Assembly (NCBI GenBank): GCA_965652295.1 | Contig: CBFGTS010000001.1 | Coordinates: 288,001 to 352,000 of the forward strand | Direction: 5' to 3' | DNA: 64,000 nucleotides | Source of the DNA: an uncultured Haloferula sp. | Lineage (GTDB): Bacteria; Verrucomicrobiota; Verrucomicrobiia; Verrucomicrobiales; Akkermansiaceae | In this document: positions 56,660 to 64,000 of the stretch, piece after piece | Numbering within the stretch: position 1 is the stretch's first letter | How the letters are laid out: the number at the start of each line of letters is the position of its first letter | Made by a program: the position numbers and the translations under genes | The notes under the pieces: model-generated | What the model was told of the DNA's origin: nothing | The model's database searches: none | What the model saw: the letters and a program-made list of their open reading frames with translations, nothing else

Positions 56660-58158
56660 AACTCCGCGACGCCATCTCCGAACTCCGCAAACCCCTGGTC
56701 CAGGGGACGCTCGAACGCGAAATTCTTTCCGTCACCGCCGATTCGAGGACGGTGGAGGAGGGGAGCGTGTTCGTGGCGGTGCGCGGCAAGCAGGCGGACG
56801 GCCGGCGTTTCATCGATGACGCCGTGCAGCGGGGTGCCGTGGCGGTGATCGCCGATTCTCCTCCGGAAACGGGGGCCGCCAAGGAAATCACCTGGTTGCA
56901 GGTCGCCGATCCGCGCGCCGCCCTTTCCTCGCTCGCCGCCAAGCTGGCCGGCAGTCCTTCGGCCGACCTGAAACTCGCGGGCGTCACCGGCACCAACGGC
57001 AAAACGACCATCGCTTTCCTGCTCCATCATCTGATGCGGTCCGCGTGGCACCGCGCCGGGATGATTGGGACCATCAGGATCGATGACGGCATCGAAACCG
57101 CCGCTGCCAGCCACACCACCCCGGATGCGCCCGGTCTTCACGACCTGCTGGCCCGCATGGCTGGCAACGGTTGCCGCGGTGCGGCCATGGAGGTTTCCTC
57201 GCACGGCATCGACCAGAAGCGGGTGGCTGATGTCGCCTTCGACGCGCTGATTTTCTCCAACCTCACCCAGGACCACCTCGACTATCACGGGACGATGGCC
57301 GCCTACGCCGAGGCGAAATACTCGTGGTTCGAGGCCACCGCCGCGCACCCGCGAGGCAAGAAGCCAGTGGCGGTGATCAATGTCGATGACGCCGCCGGCG
57401 CCGAGCTGGCCGAGCGGCTGGAGGGGAAAATGCCGGTGACCCGCTACGGCTTCGGCCTGCACACCGAGGTCCGCGCGCTCGATTTCCGCCAATCGCCCCG
57501 CGGCATGGAGATGAAGCTTGAAGTACGGGGGAAGCAGTATCTCGTCCGCACGCCGCTGATCGGCCGTTTCAACGCCTACAACATCATGGCGGTGCTCGGC
57601 GCGGCCAAGGCGCTCGGTCTTTCGTTCCGCTCCGCCATTTCCGACCTGGCGGAGGCTCCTCAGGTGCCGGGCCGGATGGAGAACTGCGGCACCCGCGATG
57701 GGGTCACCGTCTTCGTCGATTACGCCCATACCCCCGATGCGCTGGAAAACGCCTGCCGCACGCTCAAGGAGCTGGAGCCGAAGCGTTTGATCACCGTCTT
57801 CGGCTGTGGTGGCGACCGCGACAAGGCCAAGCGTCCGTTGATGGCCAAGGCCGCCGCCCGCCATTCGGACGCCTGCATCATCACCTCCGACAACCCGCGC
57901 AGCGAGGACCCCGAGGAGATCATCCGGCAGATCGAAAGCGGCATGGGCTCCGCGCGCTACCGGACCGTGAGCGACCGTGCCGAGGCGATCCGGATCGCGG
58001 TCCACGCCGCGGCACCGGGTGACATTGTGCTGGTCGCGGGCAAGGGCCACGAAACATACCAGCAGTTCGCCGATCGGACGATCGACTTCGACGACCGGCG
58101 TGAAGTGAAACGCTCGCTGGCCGCCCGGCCGGATCCCGAGGAAAGGAGGCGTCCGTGA
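56656..58158 (+). CDS. murE: UDP-MurNAc-Ala-Glu--diaminopimelate ligase
   Basis: GVTGTNGKTT, MEVSSHG, DHLDYH, DYAHTPD, DNPR (meso-DAP type). Confidence 0.96.
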   Translation: MKLRDAISELRKPLVQGTLEREILSVTADSRTVEEGSVFVAVRGKQADGRRFIDDAVQRGAVAVIADSPPETGAAKEITWLQVADPRAALSSLAAKLAGSPSADLKLAGVTGTNGKTTIAFLLHHLMRSAWHRAGMIGTIRIDDGIETAAASHTTPDAPGLHDLLARMAGNGCRGAAMEVSSHGIDQKRVADVAFDALIFSNLTQDHLDYHGTMAAYAEAKYSWFEATAAHPRGKKPVAVINVDDAAGAELAERLEGKMPVTRYGFGLHTEVRALDFRQSPRGMEMKLEVRGKQYLVRTPLIGRFNAYNIMAVLGAAKALGLSFRSAISDLAEAPQVPGRMENCGTRDGVTVFVDYAHTPDALENACRTLKELEPKRLITVFGCGGDRDKAKRPLMAKAAARHSDACIITSDNPRSEDPEEIIRQIESGMGSARYRTVSDRAEAIRIAVHAAAPGDIVLVAGKGHETYQQFADRTIDFDDRREVKRSLAARPDPEERRRP

Positions 58159-59519
58159 TCCCCGCCGATGCCAAGACCCTGGCCGAGGCTTGCGGCGGCG
58201 AAATCGTGACCGGTGACCCCGCGCAAGTGGCGGAAACCGTCTCGACCGACACCCGTACGCTTCAGCCCGGCTCGTGCTGGGTCGCGCTGAAGGGCGAGCG
58301 CTTTGATGCCAACACCTTCGCCGGCGAAGCCGCGGCCGCCGGAGCCAAGGTGCTGGTGGTCGAGAAACTGGAGGGCCCCGCGCCGCAGGGGACGACGGTC
58401 ATCGTCGTCAAAGACGGCCTGCTCGCCCTGCAGAAGCTCGCCCATTGGCATCGCATGGGTCTCGACCTCGAGGTGGTCGGCATCACCGGCTCGAACGGCA
58501 AGACCAGCACCAAGGATTTCACGCGCACCGTCCTCGGCACCCATTTCGAGACGGTGGCGACCAAGGGGAACTTCAACAACCACATCGGCGTTCCCCTCAC
58601 GCTGCTTTCCTTCGAGGCCCGCCACGAGGCGGCAGTGGTGGAAATGGGGATGAACCACGCCGGTGAAATCGCGCCGCTGTGCCAGATCGCGCGGCCCCGG
58701 ATCGGGATCATCACCAACATCGGCACGGCCCACATCGAGTATCTCGGCAGCCGGGAAGGCATCGCCGAGGAAAAAGGCGCGCTCGCCCGCGCGCTGCCGG
58801 AAGACGGGGCGCTGCTGGTTCCGGCAGGCTGCGATTTCGCGGAGTATTTCAAGAAGCGCACCAAGGCCAAGGTTCTGCCCGTGGGCAACTGCCGCGGCAT
58901 CGTCCGCGCCGAGAACCTGCGGCAGGACGGCGTCCGCTCGAAGTTCACGCTGGTGGTCGAGGGCAAACCGGTCGGAGAGGTCGACCTGCCGGTCATCGGC
59001 CGGCACATGGTCCGGAATGCGCTGCTGGCCGCCGGCTGCGGCTGGTTCCTCGGGGTGCCCTTCGACAAGATCTGCCAGGGTCTCAGCGGCACCATGCTGA
59101 CCAGCGGCCGGCTGCGTCGCTTCGAGGTGGAAGGCGTGACGGTGTTTGACGACACCTACAATGCCAATCCGGAATCGATGATTGCGGCGATCGACACGCT
59201 GGCCGATGTGCCGGTGGTCAATGGCGGCCGCCGCTTCGTGGTGCTGGGACGCATGGGTGAGCTGGGCGAGCATGCCGCCGAAGCCCATCCGCGGATCGGC
59301 CGCCTGGCCGCGGAACGTGGGCTGCATGTCGTGTCCGTGGGCGAGGGTGCCGAGGGCATCTCCCGCGGTGCCGGCGACGGTGAGCATTTCCCCCATATCG
59401 ATGATGCCGTGGCCGGCCTGACCGGACGCTTCCGCCCGGGCGATATCGTGCTTTTCAAAGCCAGCCGGGGTGCCGCGCTGGAACGGGTGATGGACCGGAT
59501 TTTTCCCCCTGAGAACTGA
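58155..59519 (+). CDS. murF: UDP-MurNAc-tripeptide--D-Ala-D-Ala ligase
   Basis: ITGSNGKTSTK, NFNNHIGVP, EMGMNH.GEI, YNANPES, KASRG. Confidence 0.96.
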   Translation: MIPADAKTLAEACGGEIVTGDPAQVAETVSTDTRTLQPGSCWVALKGERFDANTFAGEAAAAGAKVLVVEKLEGPAPQGTTVIVVKDGLLALQKLAHWHRMGLDLEVVGITGSNGKTSTKDFTRTVLGTHFETVATKGNFNNHIGVPLTLLSFEARHEAAVVEMGMNHAGEIAPLCQIARPRIGIITNIGTAHIEYLGSREGIAEEKGALARALPEDGALLVPAGCDFAEYFKKRTKAKVLPVGNCRGIVRAENLRQDGVRSKFTLVVEGKPVGEVDLPVIGRHMVRNALLAAGCGWFLGVPFDKICQGLSGTMLTSGRLRRFEVEGVTVFDDTYNANPESMIAAIDTLADVPVVNGGRRFVVLGRMGELGEHAAEAHPRIGRLAAERGLHVVSVGEGAEGISRGAGDGEHFPHIDDAVAGLTGRFRPGDIVLFKASRGAALERVMDRIFPPEN

Positions 59520-60739
59520 TGCTCTACTGGATCTACGAATGGTGGCGGGCTGCTTTTGAAGCGGAAGCCGCAGCAAGCAAGGAGGGCTGGGCCCATACCT
59601 TGAGTTTCCTCAACCTGCTGCAATACATCACCTTCCGAGGCGCGCTCGCCTGTTTGATGGCATTCGGGCTGAGCATCCTCTTCGGACCCCGGGTGATCCG
59701 CCGGCTGATCTCGCTCAAGGTCGGCCAGCCGATCCGCACCGCGGAGGAGGTCCACAAGCTTGCCGAGCTCCACGGCGGCAAGGTCGGCACGCCGACGATG
59801 GGCGGGGTGCTCATCCTCGGGTCGGTGCTGGTTTCCACCTTCATCTGCGCTCGGCCGTTCAATCCATTCGTCGCCGTCTGTGCGTGCTCGATGGGGGCCC
59901 TGGGCCTGCTGGGGTTCGTCGACGACTACACCAAGGTGAAGCTGAAGAACTCCGACGGTGTCAGTGCCCGCACCAAGCTCTTCTGGCAGCTCGTGGTGGC
60001 GCTGGTGGCCAGCTCGTTCCTGTTTTTCAAAACGGAGATCTCCGGCTTCGGGGCGACTCCCGAGATGGCCGAGCAACTCGGTTTCCAGCCGGGCTATCTT
60101 TTCGCCGGCACTCCGATGAGTTTCAGCGAGGTGACCTTCCCGCTCTTCAAAGGGCCGATCATCGACCTCGGCTACCTGATCATCCCGTTCTACGCCGCGA
60201 TCATCATCGGGTGCTCGAATGCCGTGAACTTGACCGACGGCCTCGATGGTCTGGCCACCGGCTGCACGATCACCGTGTCCCTGGCCTACGCCGGCCTTGC
60301 CTATCTCGCCGGCCACCATTTCATGGCCAATGAATACCTGACGATCCCCTACAACCGCTTCGTCGGGGAGCTCTCGGTCTTTCTTCTCGCCCTGGCCGGC
60401 GCGGGCTTCGGCTTCCTGTGGTTCAACTGCCACCCGGCCAAGGTTTTCATGGGTGACACCGGTTCACTCGCGATCGGCGGTGCCCTCGGCACGGCCGCGC
60501 TGTGCGTGAAACAGGAGCTGCTGCTGGTGATCATCGGCGGCGTGTTCGTGATGGAGGCCCTCTCCGTCATGCTCCAGGTCGGCAGCTTCAAACTGCGGCG
60601 CAAGCGGATCTTCGCGATGGCTCCGATCCACCATCACTTCGAGCTCCGCGGCTGGCACGAGAGCCAGGTGATCATCCGTTTCTGGATCCTTTCCATCATG
60701 CTCGCCCTTGCGGGCATCGCCCTTCTCAAGATCGTCTGA
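59519..60739 (+). CDS. mraY: Phospho-MurNAc-pentapeptide transferase
   Basis: TPTMGG, GFVDDY, NAVNLTDGLDG, FMGDTGS, MAPIHHHFE. Confidence 0.97.
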   Translation: MLYWIYEWWRAAFEAEAAASKEGWAHTLSFLNLLQYITFRGALACLMAFGLSILFGPRVIRRLISLKVGQPIRTAEEVHKLAELHGGKVGTPTMGGVLILGSVLVSTFICARPFNPFVAVCACSMGALGLLGFVDDYTKVKLKNSDGVSARTKLFWQLVVALVASSFLFFKTEISGFGATPEMAEQLGFQPGYLFAGTPMSFSEVTFPLFKGPIIDLGYLIIPFYAAIIIGCSNAVNLTDGLDGLATGCTITVSLAYAGLAYLAGHHFMANEYLTIPYNRFVGELSVFLLALAGAGFGFLWFNCHPAKVFMGDTGSLAIGGALGTAALCVKQELLLVIIGGVFVMEALSVMLQVGSFKLRRKRIFAMAPIHHHFELRGWHESQVIIRFWILSIMLALAGIALLKIV

Positions 60740-62034
60740 TGAGCCTCACCGGACAGCGCGTGAACATCCTCGGTGCCGGTGCCAGTGGCCGGGCGGCGAT
60801 GGCGCTTGCCCTGCGCGAGGGTGCGGAGGTGCATGTGTTCGATGCGGGCCATCCCACCGGCCTGCCGGAAGGCGCGACCGTCCACGGTGGCGTGACGCCC
60901 GCCTCGGCGGAAGCCTGCGACCTGTTGGTGGTGAGCCCAGGCATCGATACCTATGGCCCGCTGGTGGGCGCGTTCTCCGGTCTCGCCGGGGAAACGGTCG
61001 GCGAGATCGAACTGGCCTGCCGCTACTACAACGGCCGTATCATCGCCATCACCGGCACCAACGGCAAGACCACCACCACCGAGCTCGTCGAGCGCCTGCT
61101 TCAGGCCGCCGGCACGACCGCCGTCGCCTGCGGAAACTACGGCGTGCCCGTCTGTGAGGTGGTCATGCGCGATCCGCAGCCCGCCGTGCTCGCGCTCGAA
61201 GCCAGCTCGTTCCAGCTCGAGACCATCGTCGATTTCCGCCCGGACGTCGCCGTGTGGCTGAATTTCGCACCCGACCACATGGACCGCTACCCGGACGTCG
61301 AGAGCTACCGCCGGGCGAAGCTCCGCATCTTCGAAAACCAGGGTGCCACCGATACGGTCGTGACCCGCGCCGGCGAGGAACTCCCCGAACTGGTGGGCCG
61401 CAAAATCACTTTTTCCACCGAGACCAAGGACGCCGACTGGTGGTCGGATGGCGAGACGCTGTTCCTCCACGGCGAGCCGGTTTTCAACCTGCTCCGGAGC
61501 TCCCACCTGCGCGGCCTGCACAATGCCGAGAACGCCATGGCCGCGCTCGCGGCCTGCGAGGCGATCGGCGTGAGCCGCGGAAAGCTGCTGGCCGCCTTCG
61601 ATGGCTATGCGCCGCCGCGCCACCGCTGCGAGCTGGTGCGCACGCTCGATGGCGTCGAGTGGCTCAACGACTCCAAGGCGACGAACCTGCACGCCCTCGA
61701 AAGCGCGCTGCGTTCGCAGACCCGCCCCGTCGTGCTGATCGCCGGCGGCAAGGAAAAGGGGCTCGACTACTCGCCGGTCCTCGCTCTGTTGGAAAAGCAC
61801 GCCGCTGCCGCGGTGACCTTCGGCCAGATCGGCGCGAAGCTCGGCGAACTTTTCGCGCAAGCCGTCCCGGTGGATACCTGCGACACGCTCGCCGAAGCTG
61901 TCGCCGCCGCCCACCGGCGCGCCGGCCGCGGGCAGGTCGTCATCCTTTCGCCCGGCACCTCCTCCTTCGATCAATTCACCGGCTACGAGGAACGCGGTGA
62001 CGTGTTCTGTCGGCTGGTCAACGAACTCCGCTAA
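60739..62034 (+). CDS. murD: UDP-MurNAc-Ala--D-Glu ligase
   Basis: ITGTNGKTTT, SSFQL, DHMDRY, NDSKATN, LSP...SFDQF..YEERG. Confidence 0.96.
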   Translation: MSLTGQRVNILGAGASGRAAMALALREGAEVHVFDAGHPTGLPEGATVHGGVTPASAEACDLLVVSPGIDTYGPLVGAFSGLAGETVGEIELACRYYNGRIIAITGTNGKTTTTELVERLLQAAGTTAVACGNYGVPVCEVVMRDPQPAVLALEASSFQLETIVDFRPDVAVWLNFAPDHMDRYPDVESYRRAKLRIFENQGATDTVVTRAGEELPELVGRKITFSTETKDADWWSDGETLFLHGEPVFNLLRSSHLRGLHNAENAMAALAACEAIGVSRGKLLAAFDGYAPPRHRCELVRTLDGVEWLNDSKATNLHALESALRSQTRPVVLIAGGKEKGLDYSPVLALLEKHAAAAVTFGQIGAKLGELFAQAVPVDTCDTLAEAVAAAHRRAGRGQVVILSPGTSSFDQFTGYEERGDVFCRLVNELR

Positions 62035-62053
62035 CCCTCACATCGACACCCCT

Positions 62054-62905
62054 ATGAGAAACCAACGCATGACCGTGAAGCGCCGCTCCGTGAAGAAGAG
62101 CAAGTTCCGCACGCTCTTCGCGAATGTGGCCAAAAAGAAGAAGCGCCATCGCGCCGCCACCGCCGCCGTTTCCCCGGAAGAACTCGATGGCGATGTGCCG
62201 AACCTCGGCATCGGCAAGGCGCTGCTCGTGATCCTCGCCATCCACGTCGTGGCCATCGGCGGGATCTTTTACCACAGCTACCGCCTCGATCGCTCGGGCG
62301 AGCCGGCCAAGGCCGATGCTTCGAACCAGCGGGTGGTCAAGGCACCGGGAAATGAGTTCGCGGACAGTCCCGCGATCCGGGTGACGCCGTCGATCGCCCG
62401 CGCCGTCGAGCCGAGCGCCGATGAAGCACTGCCGATTTTCCGGGCCGCCGATCAGATTTACTCGGCCGGCACCGGAGACACCTACGCGACGATCGCGGCG
62501 CGCTTCGGCATCGATGAAATGGAGCTGCGCGCCGCCAACGACAACATTCCGCTGCGCCAGGGCCGCCGTCTGCGGATCCCGCCGAAGTCGATCACCGCCG
62601 TGGAACCCGCGGAGATCGCCGCCCTCCGCGTGACCTCCGCGCCCGACCCCGCGGCTCCGCCGGCCGAGGATCTGGTGGCCACCGATGCGGCCATCGCCCT
62701 CGACCGCCAGGTCGCCGCAGCTCCGAAAGCTGTTCCGGTCCGTGAACCGTCGGCCGGCACCGCCAGCTACAAGGTCGAATCCGGCGACACCTTCTGGAGC
62801 ATTGCCAAGCGCAACAACGTTTCCGTGGACCGGCTGATGCAGGTCAACGGCATCAGTGACGCCCGCAAGCTGCGGGTCGGCATGAACCTCGTGATCCCGC
62901 GCTGA
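62054..62905 (+). CDS. Membrane-anchored LysM-domain protein
   Basis: Basic N-terminus, TM helix, two LysM motifs (GDTYATIA; YKVESGDTFWSIA...NGI). Confidence 0.88.
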   Translation: MRNQRMTVKRRSVKKSKFRTLFANVAKKKKRHRAATAAVSPEELDGDVPNLGIGKALLVILAIHVVAIGGIFYHSYRLDRSGEPAKADASNQRVVKAPGNEFADSPAIRVTPSIARAVEPSADEALPIFRAADQIYSAGTGDTYATIAARFGIDEMELRAANDNIPLRQGRRLRIPPKSITAVEPAEIAALRVTSAPDPAAPPAEDLVATDAAIALDRQVAAAPKAVPVREPSAGTASYKVESGDTFWSIAKRNNVSVDRLMQVNGISDARKLRVGMNLVIPR

Positions 62906-62927
62906 CCCACCGCAACCCGCAGTTTCC

Positions 62928-64000
62928 ATGAACCGTTATCTCAGCATCATCCTCTGCGCTGGCGTCGCCGCGTTGGTGGCGCTGGGATTGATCATGCTCG
63001 CCAGCACCAGCGCGTGGGTGAATGGCCAGGAGGAACCATATCACTTCTTCTGGCGGCAGAGCGTCATGGCGGTGACTGGCATCGTCGGGGCAATCTTTCT
63101 CGCCCTTGTCGATCCTGCGCTGCTGCGGAAATTCTGGCCATGGCTGCTGCTCGGTGGCTGCCTCCTGCTGGTCCTCTGCTACGTGCCCGGCATCGCGAAG
63201 GACATCAATGGCGAGAAGCGCTGGATTGCCTTGCCGGGAATCGGCCAGTTCCAGCCATCGGAAATCGCCAAGTCGATCACCATGGTTGCCCTCGCCGGCT
63301 GGTTCGCGCGGTGGCAGACCGAAATCCCGACCTTCTGGAAGGGTTTCGTCATTCCCAGCCTGCTGCTCGGAATCCCCTTCCTGCTGATCCTTTTCGAAAC
63401 GGACATGGGCACCGCCGTGGGCATCGGAGCCGCCGGATTCGCCGTGCTTTTCACCGTCGGAGTGCGCCTGATTTTCCTGATCCCGACCGTGCTCATTGGC
63501 TCGGCCGCCTTCGCCGTATTGGTCCGCAGCAACGAGAACCGCTGGTCGCGGATCGAGGCGTGGTTGGATCTGGAGAACCCGGTCCACCAGCTCGACAAGG
63601 GACTCCAGCAGTGGCGCGCGCTGCTTGCCTTTGGCAATGGCGGCGTCGAGGGCCAGGGGCTCGGCAACGGCTTCGAGAAATTCGGTCACCTGCCTTACGC
63701 GCACACCGACTTCATTTTTCCTAACATCGGTGAGGAACTCGGTCTCTACGGTACGCTCGGCACGGTGCTGTGCTACGTGGTCATCGCGATTGCCGGCACC
63801 GGCATCGCCACCTACTCGACCAGTGTTTTCAACCGCTGCCTCGCGGTCGGCCTGACGGCGGTCATCGTGGTTCCGGCCATGGTGAACATCGCCGTCACCA
63901 CCGCCGCCCTGCCGAACACCGGTCTGCCTTTGCCCTTCGTGAGCTACGGCGGCACCAACCTCGTTTTCACGCTCGCATCCGTCGGTCTGCTCTGTGGCAT
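62928..64000 (+). CDS. ftsW: SEDS protein FtsW (3' truncated)
   Basis: Translated by hand: NGEKRWI, FQPSEIAK, LPYAHTDFIF, GLPLPFVSYGG. Confidence 0.93.
   Translation, partial: MNRYLSIILCAGVAALVALGLIMLASTSAWVNGQEEPYHFFWRQSVMAVTGIVGAIFLALVDPALLRKFWPWLLLGGCLLLVLCYVPGIAKDINGEKRWIALPGIGQFQPSEIAKSITMVALAGWFARWQTEIPTFWKGFVIPSLLLGIPFLLILFETDMGTAVGIGAAGFAVLFTVGVRLIFLIPTVLIGSAAFAVLVRSNENRWSRIEAWLDLENPVHQLDKGLQQWRALLAFGNGGVEGQGLGNGFEKFGHLPYAHTDFIFPNIGEELGLYGTLGTVLCYVVIAIAGTGIATYSTSVFNRCLAVGLTAVIVVPAMVNIAVTTAALPNTGLPLPFVSYGGTNLVFTLASVGLLCG

Overview
This is a GC-rich bacterial chromosome segment. Gene content (PEP-CTERM, CotH, ECF/FecR pair, LysM gene inside the dcw cluster, SD-poor starts) suggests Verrucomicrobiales, probably Luteolibacter/Haloferula-like. 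It opens with the tuf-tRNA(Trp)-secE-nusG-rplKAJL-rpoBC operon and ends in the dcw cluster (mraZ, rsmH, ftsL, ftsI, murE, murF, mraY, murD, LysM, partial ftsW). Between these lie housekeeping genes (ilvD, phoH, htpG, hrpB, lpxK, hflX, ruvX, manC-like, avtA), envelope genes, and an ECF/FecR/PEP-CTERM/CotH surface-protein locus. Two features stand out. (1) A five-unit, 111-nt-period array between mraZ and the rsmH core: each unit has two hairpins with invariant loops and covarying stems, and the whole array is an open frame fused to RsmH. (2) A five-gene redox operon: NirB-like FAD/[2Fe-2S] protein fused to a di-heme-b-like membrane domain, an 11-heme cytochrome c, a DUF3365-like cytochrome, a cytochrome c5 and a single-domain globin. 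Also seen: sigma54-type promoters, a shared divergent ECF promoter motif, REP-like repeats around a decayed toxin-antitoxin pair, and an apparently circularly permuted discoidin domain. All calls are by eye; no searches were run.
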